Origin: Candidatus Kerfeldbacteria bacterium
GTDB taxonomy: Bacteria > Patescibacteriota > Patescibacteriia > SBBC01 > CAIJZX01
Reading direction: 5' to 3'
Assembly: GCA_016194465.1 (NCBI GenBank)
Contig: JACQBO010000006.1
Span: 1 to 38,727, forward strand
DNA length: 38,727 bases
Shown: positions 18,944 through 25,956 of the stretch, in pieces
How the letters are laid out: each line of letters starts with the position of its first letter
Position numbering within the stretch: position 1 is the stretch's first letter
Notes under the pieces: generated by a model
The model's input: only the letters and a program-made list of their open reading frames with translations
What the model was told of the DNA's origin: nothing
Database searches by the model: none
Translations under genes and position numbers: made by a program

Positions 18944-19945
18944 ATGAACATGCTCCGATCACACCGGCAGGTCCCAAAGCCGCAGATGCTTCCACCACGG
19001 CAGTCATCAAACCCTTTATTTCCGGCGCCAAACGAAGACCCCTGGATTCGGTACCGCTGGCAAGTCTTAGGGAGCACGCTGGGTATGTTGGCTATCTTGG
19101 GGGTGGTCTGGGCCGTCTATGGGCCGGGCTGGCGGATTGATCAGGTCGAGGTTCAAGGAACGAGGATCGTCGAACCCAGCAGCGTCCGACGGGCCGCCGA
19201 AATGTATTTACAGGCCCGGACATGGCTGATCATACCGCATCGCACTTCATGGTTACTCTCGTCCCATGATCTTGGTCAATGGCTGAAGAAGCAAATTTCC
19301 CATCGTCTTTCCATCGAAGGAGTCCAGATCAGAAAACTCGGTCGACACCGCATTCGAGCCACCGTGATTGAACGAGTCCCCCTGTTTGTCTGGACGAATG
19401 GAATCGAGTATGGCACGCTTGATCATCAGGGAGTGATTATCGAGGTGGTGGACCCGCAGAGGAACAATGGACTCTACCAAATTATCGATAGCTCACACGC
19501 TACTTTTCAGGTTGATGGCCAAGTGCTCACGTCTGACGTCGTCGACCGTCTGGTCGAGCTGCAAGCCCTTCTCCGTACCGCCCAGGTATCCGTCGATCAT
19601 TTTATTATTCCGCTGCCATCCTGTCCGGTCTCGCCGGTGATCAATGCCAATGAAAATGCCGCGACCACGAACACCAATACAAGCTTGATAGTACACCAAC
19701 CGATGAATGTTAATAATTCCACTAATAGGAATATAGTCCAGACCACGTGTGACGTGGCTGAGGCCCGGCAGGCAAGCCAAGAACTTCATGTGCAGATCCA
19801 CCAGGGACCACTCGTTATGTTCGACCGGCACGAAGATCTAGCCGAGGCCGTCAGGACACTGAAAACCCTGCTCGGGCAATCAGAAAACCAACATGCCCAG
19901 TATGTTGACTTGCGGTTTGAACAAAGGGTCTATATTTACCCATAG
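18944..19945 (+). CDS. ftsQ: FtsQ/DivIB-like POTRA-domain membrane protein
   Basis: I chose the ATG at 18944 (5 nt after the alr stop) over the listed 18896, which overlaps alr. TM segment (VLGSTLGMLAILGVVWAVY) followed by IDQVEVQGTRIVEPSSVRRAAE and IRATVIERVPLFVW, a POTRA-like pattern. Confidence 0.6.
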   Translation: MNMLRSHRQVPKPQMLPPRQSSNPLFPAPNEDPWIRYRWQVLGSTLGMLAILGVVWAVYGPGWRIDQVEVQGTRIVEPSSVRRAAEMYLQARTWLIIPHRTSWLLSSHDLGQWLKKQISHRLSIEGVQIRKLGRHRIRATVIERVPLFVWTNGIEYGTLDHQGVIIEVVDPQRNNGLYQIIDSSHATFQVDGQVLTSDVVDRLVELQALLRTAQVSVDHFIIPLPSCPVSPVINANENAATTNTNTSLIVHQPMNVNNSTNRNIVQTTCDVAEARQASQELHVQIHQGPLVMFDRHEDLAEAVRTLKTLLGQSENQHAQYVDLRFEQRVYIYP

Positions 19946-20003
19946 TGCTAGCGCAACTGAGGGTCCTTATTTAAGTGTCATAAAAGGTATATTCTACGAC
20001 ACT

Positions 20004-20024
20004 AGGAATACGATCAATATTCCT
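20004..20024. terminator. Hairpin between convergent genes (possible weak bidirectional terminator)
   Basis: AGGAATA (20004-10) / TATTCCT (20018-24) form a 7-bp stem with a 7-nt loop. There is no convincing U-tract on either strand. Confidence 0.2.
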
Positions 20025-20045
20025 TTCACGAAGCCTCCCCTGGCC

Positions 20046-21431
20046 TCAAGGTAGGTATTGAAGTGGATCGACGGGCAGCCCGTTGACCCGAACTTCGAAA
20101 TGGACGTGGGCGCCCGTGGTAATGCCCCCGGCGCCGGCCGTCCCTGGTAGACCACCAGATAAGCCGATCACTTCCCCTTGCTTGACGAATTGATCAGCTT
20201 TGACGTAGATCACGCTGAGATGCAGATAGCGCGTCGCTAAGCCACTCTGATGGACCAGACCGACGTAATTCAAGGCGCTGCGGGTTTTTTGGCCATCCGC
20301 ATTGTAATAGAACCCTTGGTTCGCGACCACGGACACAACGCCATCCGCCGAGGCCCGGACCGGAGTGCCTTGTGGCGTGCTGATGTCTAAGCCCGAGTGT
20401 TCTAGGCAGGAAGGATTATGCCAAAACGCGCAGCGGAATGGATAGGTGGGATCGTGGAAGTAGGTGGTAATTTTGCCTTCGGCTGGCCACAAAAAACCAG
20501 TCGAGCTAAAAATTGGCGGGTTCGATTCGGTAGCTAACTGTTGCTGGAGTTGTTGCTCGAGGGCCGTGATGGTTGCATCCGCTTGCTGCTCGGCCTGAGC
20601 TGACTCTTCCAGGAGGCTACCATATTGCTTGGCGGTTTGTTGCGCCGAGCCTAACAGCTGAGTTTTCAAATCTCGTTGGTCGACGACCGCTTGCTTTTGG
20701 ACTTCCAATTGCACCTTCCCCTGCTGTAAGTCGTCGCGTGTTTGCGATAGGTCATTTTGTTTTGTTTGCAGATCTTCTTTGAGTTGACTCAAGGTGCCAA
20801 TCGCTTGTTGCAGCGAGTCGCTAATGGTAGCGACCGCCTGAGCCTGACGATAAAAATCCGCCAGACTATTGCGGGTCAGTACCAGCGCCAAGGTCGTCGT
20901 TCGGCTGTTGGCGTCCAGCTGTTTGACGGCATCTGTGAGTTGAGTTTTCTGCTGAGCGATTTGCGCATTCTTGACATCAATCGAACGCTGCAGCGCATCC
21001 ATTTGGAGCGCTAAGGTATCGATCTCTTCCTGCTTGGTCTGAATGGCAAAATTTGTTTGAGCGATCTGGTTGTCGATCACGGTCACTTGCGATTGGATAT
21101 CGCGCACATTTGCCGTGGCAGTATCGACCGCTTGCTGATACGTGGCCGCCTGTTGTTTCAGTTCTTCGATATGCTTTTTTTTGTCGGCAATTTGTTGGTT
21201 GAGGGCGGCGATGGTATCGACGTTGCTCCCCGGATCGGATGACAACGCCGCCGGATCACTATTAGTATTGGTCGCGGTCGGGTCCAGGCTTTGCGCCTGG
21301 GCCAGGGCCAGCGGCAGCCACACTAAAATCGCCACATTGAGTGTGGCAAACGTGGACAAGAGCCATCGGTTTTTATTTTGTTTCAATCGATCCATCGACA
21401 TCATGCTAGCATAAATCGTGGTCGACGTCAA
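20046..21431 (-). CDS. Secreted M23/LytM peptidase with long N-terminal coiled coil (EnvC-like architecture)
   Basis: Signal peptide (LVWLPLALAQAQS) and about 250 aa of Q/A/L-rich heptad-like sequence. The LytM domain has HSGLD (HxxxD) and GAHVHFEV (HxH). The start may be an internal Met (about 21395-21404). Confidence 0.85.
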   Translation of the reverse strand: MTSTTIYASMMSMDRLKQNKNRWLLSTFATLNVAILVWLPLALAQAQSLDPTATNTNSDPAALSSDPGSNVDTIAALNQQIADKKKHIEELKQQAATYQQAVDTATANVRDIQSQVTVIDNQIAQTNFAIQTKQEEIDTLALQMDALQRSIDVKNAQIAQQKTQLTDAVKQLDANSRTTTLALVLTRNSLADFYRQAQAVATISDSLQQAIGTLSQLKEDLQTKQNDLSQTRDDLQQGKVQLEVQKQAVVDQRDLKTQLLGSAQQTAKQYGSLLEESAQAEQQADATITALEQQLQQQLATESNPPIFSSTGFLWPAEGKITTYFHDPTYPFRCAFWHNPSCLEHSGLDISTPQGTPVRASADGVVSVVANQGFYYNADGQKTRSALNYVGLVHQSGLATRYLHLSVIYVKADQFVKQGEVIGLSGGLPGTAGAGGITTGAHVHFEVRVNGLPVDPLQYLP

Positions 21432-21448
21432 GAGAGCCGTCGGCGCCG

Positions 21449-22915
21449 TCAGACCGCGTTGACCAGGCGCAATCGACGCATACTTTCCGGTTTGCCGAGG
21501 CAGTCCAGAACATCAAATACATCCGGACTGTTTGGTCGGAGGGTCAACGCGACGCGGAGCGGCCATAAAACTTCAGTGTTTGTCCGCGCCTTTGCTTGAA
21601 TCTCCGCCAGCACGTGTGCCTTGATATCGCGGCTTGTCCACGGCCCAGCATATCTGTCGAGCACGCCTGTCACCCAATCGATAGCCGCGGTGGTCAAATG
21701 TCCAGTCCCCTTCTTGGGAACGAGCGCCACGCGATCAAAATGAGTACGCTCCTGATCCCAGACCGATGGGAATAAAAAGTTCGCAACTTCGTCGATGTCG
21801 GAGAGTTTTTTAAGTCGGTCCCGGACGAGGTCGATAATGGCCAAAACGTGTTGATCATCACTCCCCTCTTCCGTGGGCAGATGCCAAAACGGTTGCAAGT
21901 GCTGGCGTAGTTCTTCGCGCGACAAGCGGCGGAGGTATTGTCCATTCATCCAGTCGAGCTTCGTCCGGTCGAAGACTGCCCCCGAAGGATTCATGTCTTC
22001 TAAACGAAAATCGCGTTGGAGGTCGGACGAAGAAAGTATTTCCAACTCACCTTTGGGGTGCCAACCCATCAGCGCCAAAAAATTTCGCATGGCGGCAGCC
22101 AGATACCCCTGATCGCGGAACGACAGGGCCGACGACGCGCCTTCACGCTTGGAGAGCTTGCGATGATCGGGTCCGAGAATCAACGGTACATGGGCGAACA
22201 GTGGTGGCACCCATTCCAAGGCTTGGTAGATTAAGAGATGCTTCGGAGTTGAGGGCAACCACTCCTCACCGCGAATAACATGAGAAATTGCCATCAAATG
22301 ATCATCAACCACCACCGCCAGATGGTACGTAGGAAAACCATCACTCTTAAGCAGGACGCTATCGTCGACGGTGGCGAAGGAAAAAGTGACTGGCCCACGA
22401 ATCAGGTCACGGTGCGTGATGGTACCGGTCATTGGTACGTTCAGGCGGATGACGTTCGGCTCTTCCGCCGCCAGACGTTTGGCGCGCTCCTCGGGCGGCA
22501 GACCGAGACAGAGCTTGTCGTAACGAGGCGGAAGTTTTCTTTCTTCCTGGCTGGTGCGCAGTTTTTGGAGACGCTCGATCGTGCAGAAACAAGGATAGGC
22601 GGCCCCTCGCTGCACGAGTTCGTCCGCGTGGTGACGGTACAATTTCAGGCGTTGGCTCTGCACGTACGGGCCATAGCCCCCGCCTTGCTGAGGCCCTTCA
22701 TCTGGATCAAGCCCAAACCAGTGGAGCGCTTCATAAATTCGGTCCATACTACCCGGCACAAATCGCTTTTGGTCGGTATCCTCTACCCGCAGGATAAAGG
22801 CGCCATGGTTTTGCTGAGCGAAAAGCCAGTTGAATTGGGCCAGCCAGATGGTTCCAATATGCACCTCGCCAGTCGGTGATGGGGCCAGTCGCACCCGCAC
22901 GGCGGATTTAGTCAT
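21449..22915 (-). CDS. gltX: Glutamyl-tRNA synthetase
   Basis: The start is taken at ATG 22915 (MTKSAVRVRLAPSPTGEVHIGT, HIGH-type motif). KLSKR serves as the KMSKS motif. The start overlaps the upstream stop by 8 nt (ATGACTAA). Confidence 0.92.
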   Translation of the reverse strand: MTKSAVRVRLAPSPTGEVHIGTIWLAQFNWLFAQQNHGAFILRVEDTDQKRFVPGSMDRIYEALHWFGLDPDEGPQQGGGYGPYVQSQRLKLYRHHADELVQRGAAYPCFCTIERLQKLRTSQEERKLPPRYDKLCLGLPPEERAKRLAAEEPNVIRLNVPMTGTITHRDLIRGPVTFSFATVDDSVLLKSDGFPTYHLAVVVDDHLMAISHVIRGEEWLPSTPKHLLIYQALEWVPPLFAHVPLILGPDHRKLSKREGASSALSFRDQGYLAAAMRNFLALMGWHPKGELEILSSSDLQRDFRLEDMNPSGAVFDRTKLDWMNGQYLRRLSREELRQHLQPFWHLPTEEGSDDQHVLAIIDLVRDRLKKLSDIDEVANFLFPSVWDQERTHFDRVALVPKKGTGHLTTAAIDWVTGVLDRYAGPWTSRDIKAHVLAEIQAKARTNTEVLWPLRVALTLRPNSPDVFDVLDCLGKPESMRRLRLVNAV

Positions 22916-23672
22916 GAGGCTTCCGAAGAATAGCCCACATAAAACGCCAGGTGGCATTGACGACGCGCTGTCGGCGGCGGTCAGGTTGATGGTATGCGTG
23001 CGGTCGCCAGAAGGTGTGCAGCCATTCCAAACCTAGGACACGAAATACTTTTGGCGGCCGAGTCACAACGCCGGAAATATAATCGAGGGAGCGACCCACT
23101 CCGATCGCTACCTTGACATCATGAAGCGCTGGTCGGTGCTTGGCGATCCATAATTCCTGCTTCGGCGCTCCGAGGGCGACCAAAAGAATATCTGGCTTGG
23201 CCAAATGAATTTTTTCGATCATCCGTTGGTCACGAATCTTAAACCATGAACCGCGGGTGTCGGTGTCAAATCCGACAATACGCAACCGTGGGTGTTGTTG
23301 TATCAGCCGCTCCGCAGCTCGCTCCGCGACACCATGCTTGGCGCCAAATAAAAAGACTGAGTAATTCTCTGCCTCTGCCAAATCCATTAAGCCGGCTACA
23401 AAATCCGCGCCGGGGATTCTTGACTTGAGTTTTTCCCCATTCAGCAAGGAGGCGAGGTGAACGCTCATGCCGTCAGCCAGTGATAAATCGGCCTGCTGTA
23501 ATATTTTCCGGAACTGCGGATTGGCCGTGGCCTCGAGCAAGAACTCGGCCCCGGGAGTAACCACGTGGTGAAAACCACCTTGGCGTAAAAATCCGTGCAC
23601 CGTTTCCTGGGCTTCGGTCGGCGTCAGATTATCAATGGGAATATCCAGGAGCTTCAATCGCGTTCTCGACAT
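22908..23672 (-). CDS. WecB/TagA/CpsF-family glycosyltransferase (GT26)
   Basis: The start is taken at ATG 23672 (MSRTRLKLLDIPIDNLT...), the usual N-terminus of this family. VVTPGAEFLLEA, VFLFGAKHGVAERAA, ILLVALGAPKQELW. Confidence 0.8.
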   Translation of the reverse strand: MSRTRLKLLDIPIDNLTPTEAQETVHGFLRQGGFHHVVTPGAEFLLEATANPQFRKILQQADLSLADGMSVHLASLLNGEKLKSRIPGADFVAGLMDLAEAENYSVFLFGAKHGVAERAAERLIQQHPRLRIVGFDTDTRGSWFKIRDQRMIEKIHLAKPDILLVALGAPKQELWIAKHRPALHDVKVAIGVGRSLDYISGVVTRPPKVFRVLGLEWLHTFWRPHAYHQPDRRRQRVVNATWRFMWAILRKPHD

Positions 23673-23674
23673 AC

Positions 23675-23703
23675 TTGTAGTATAACGAAAAATATGGTAT
23701 ACT
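23675..23703 (+). promoter_or_regulatory. Promoter with extended -10 for the secreted-protein operon
   Basis: TTGTAG (23675-80), 17 nt, TGgTATACT (23695-23703). The ATG at 23713 is only 9 nt after the -10, so the leader would be essentially absent. Confidence 0.45.
23679..23684 (-). promoter_or_regulatory. Candidate -10 box for the GT26-gltX-M23 operon
   Basis: The reverse complement reads TATACT, followed by 6 nt (ACAAGT) and the ATG at 23672. The -35 is poor (TAGTAG). Confidence 0.3.
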
Positions 23704-23712
23704 ACTAGTCCT

Positions 23713-25170
23713 ATGCGAAAAAGCGCCCTCATAACCGTGGCCCTCTTTTTACTGGCCGTCACCCCTCTACCGTTCGCTCAGGCGGACAGTAACTTTAACA
23801 TGAACTTTATTGTGACCGATGATGAATTTCAAGATTCATTGATCATGTCCGCCGACAAAATCCAACAGTTTTTGGGATCCCAGCCCGGTATTCTTGCCGC
23901 CTACATCGACCCGGCAACGGGTAAGTCAGCGGCGCAAATCATTTTCGAGGCCGCCCAAACAAACCACATCAGTGCCCGCGTCATCTTGACCACCATCCAA
24001 AAAGAGTCGAGTATGATCACGCGCACCGACTTTGGTGCAAAGGGACAGCAATATTACCTCGATTGGGTCGCCTTTTATGGGTGGTGTGACTCTTGCTCTA
24101 CGGGCTCCAATCAAGGCTTCGCCAACCAGGTGAGTGCCATGAGCTCGGCCTTTCGACGTTATGTTGACTCCATCCACCTTGTCCCGTCTGGTCAAACGAT
24201 CCCCCGGGGTTACACCATCTCCGGTTTTGGACCCAACATCGCTAAACAAGTGGTCGACTGTCAATCGTACAACCCGTGTGTCAATCCAGTGACCTACACT
24301 GTCACGCCGGCCAATGATGCCACCTCGGCCTTGTTTACGTATACGCCCCATGTCTCAGGTAATAACAGTTTCTGGAACATATGGAACGAGTTTAGTTTTA
24401 ATTTTTCCCGCCTCTACCCCGATGGTTCGTTGCTGCGCGCCCAAAATGGTCAGAATATTTACCTGGTCCAGAACGGACTACTCCGCCGCTTCGCGAGTAT
24501 GTCTGCTTTTCTTTCACGCTATAACCTGAACACTGTGGTCACGGTCCCCGCCGACCACCTGACATTATACAACCGCGGCCGCGATATTAATTTTGCTAAT
24601 TATTCCCTGCTTGCTTCGCCTCGGGGCGGAGTCTATCTGCTCGTCGATGACGTGAAGCGACCGATTAAAAATCGCGCCGCGTTTCAGCAAGCGGGATTCC
24701 GCAAAGAAGAAGTGCTCAAGGTCACCTGGGATGATTTAAACCAATATCCTGACGGCGACACCATCACCACGGATAACATATATCCGTCAGGACAATTACT
24801 GCAAAATCGAAAAACAGGAGGAGTGTATTTCGTTAAAGATGGATTGCGCCACGCGATCTTCAGTAAAGAAATTTTCCGATCGCAATTTGGCCTCCGGAAG
24901 GCAATTCCGACCCTCGCCACCCTGATCACTAAGTATCCCGATGGCGGACCCGTCGGTTTTAAGGATGGTGAACTGGTGGTCAGCAAAAAGGGGGGGCCGG
25001 TCTATGTCATTTCTGATGGCTATCGTTTACCCATTGCCGGCCCGACCGCATTCTCGGCCTATCATTTTAGTTACGCCAATGTCATCAAGACAAGTGACGA
25101 CGCGCTGTCGATCCACCCGATTGGCCCGACCTTATCCGTCGATTCGAATATTCAATCGGCCAGTCAATAG
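23713..25170 (+). CDS. Secreted protein of unknown function with four C-terminal ~50-aa repeats
   Basis: Sec signal peptide (ALFLLAVTPLPFAQA|D). The N-terminal domain carries TTIQKESSMI and 4 Cys. The repeats span aa 235-470 (nt 24415-25122) with the recurring pattern G-x-L-L..G..(V/I)Y(L/F/V)V.(D/N)G.(R/L)(R/H).(I/F)....(A/F)F. Confidence 0.65.
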   Translation: MRKSALITVALFLLAVTPLPFAQADSNFNMNFIVTDDEFQDSLIMSADKIQQFLGSQPGILAAYIDPATGKSAAQIIFEAAQTNHISARVILTTIQKESSMITRTDFGAKGQQYYLDWVAFYGWCDSCSTGSNQGFANQVSAMSSAFRRYVDSIHLVPSGQTIPRGYTISGFGPNIAKQVVDCQSYNPCVNPVTYTVTPANDATSALFTYTPHVSGNNSFWNIWNEFSFNFSRLYPDGSLLRAQNGQNIYLVQNGLLRRFASMSAFLSRYNLNTVVTVPADHLTLYNRGRDINFANYSLLASPRGGVYLLVDDVKRPIKNRAAFQQAGFRKEEVLKVTWDDLNQYPDGDTITTDNIYPSGQLLQNRKTGGVYFVKDGLRHAIFSKEIFRSQFGLRKAIPTLATLITKYPDGGPVGFKDGELVVSKKGGPVYVISDGYRLPIAGPTAFSAYHFSYANVIKTSDDALSIHPIGPTLSVDSNIQSASQ

Positions 25171-25179
25171 CGTCGGCAC

Positions 25180-25956
25180 ATGCCCCTCGTTTTCGCGGGA
25201 ATTGTTCCCCATTCCCCGCTCTTAGTACCAGGTGTCGCCAAGGAACACTATCCTTTGTTTTCTCAGACCATCAAGTCGGTGGCAGTCATGTCGGCCGAAC
25301 TCTATGCCACTCAGCCTGACGCCGTGGTAATTCTGAGTCCGCATATGACCAGTGTCCCCGATCACGTCACCGTTCAGGTCGGCGACCGGTTAGAGGGAAA
25401 CCTAACGGAATTTGGCGATCCATCTACGACCGTCAGTCTGTGGGGAGCAACCGGCCTCGCCCATCTACTGAAAGCCATGGCTGAGCAGCAAAAACTGATG
25501 CTCGAGGTGCAGACGCCAACAGCAATCGATTACAGCGTCACCATCTCGGCCATGCTCTTAGGCCTGAGCACTCATTCGGTACAGTGTTTGCCCATTGGTG
25601 TGGCCCATGTGGGCGCGGCCGCCCTCTTGAGGGTCGGGCTGCTTTTGAACGAATGGTGTCACCAACGACCAGAGCGCATGGCCATCATCGCTACCGCTGA
25701 CCTCACGCGTCGTCATGACTCGAATACGGCCGAGCGCCGGCCAACCAAAGAGGAACGTGAAATCAGTCTGGCCGTGACCGCGGTTGACCCCGCCCCGCTT
25801 GGTGCTTATGTGGGGAAAAGCAAAACGTGCGGCATCCAGCCGATCACCACCCTTCTCGCCTGCCTGCAGCCACATCGCTCCAAAGGAACTATTCGCTCTT
25901 TTGAGGCCCCGCTCGGGGTTGGCCAAATGGTCGCAGATGTTTCATTGGGTGCATGA
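25180..25956 (+). CDS. Class III extradiol dioxygenase subunit B-like (LigB/Memo superfamily) protein
   Basis: The N-terminal MPLVFAGIVPHSPLLVP, followed by VVILSPHM, resembles LigB-superfamily N-termini. The assignment is by motif memory only. Confidence 0.45.
   Translation: MPLVFAGIVPHSPLLVPGVAKEHYPLFSQTIKSVAVMSAELYATQPDAVVILSPHMTSVPDHVTVQVGDRLEGNLTEFGDPSTTVSLWGATGLAHLLKAMAEQQKLMLEVQTPTAIDYSVTISAMLLGLSTHSVQCLPIGVAHVGAAALLRVGLLLNEWCHQRPERMAIIATADLTRRHDSNTAERRPTKEEREISLAVTAVDPAPLGAYVGKSKTCGIQPITTLLACLQPHRSKGTIRSFEAPLGVGQMVADVSLGA

Noticed and set aside
19946-20045. The 100-nt convergent intergenic region, considered as a possible tRNA or small RNA.
   Set aside because: It has no cloverleaf and no T-loop (GTTCRANYC-like) sequence. 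Only two short hairpins without U-tracts are present, which is too little to call an RNA gene.
23713-25170. A diversity-generating retroelement target, considered because CPR genomes are rich in DGRs and this is a secreted repeat protein.
   Set aside because: There is no reverse transcriptase, no accessory gene and no template/variable nucleotide repeat pair anywhere in the window. The repeats are divergent at the protein level rather than adenine-specific DNA variants.
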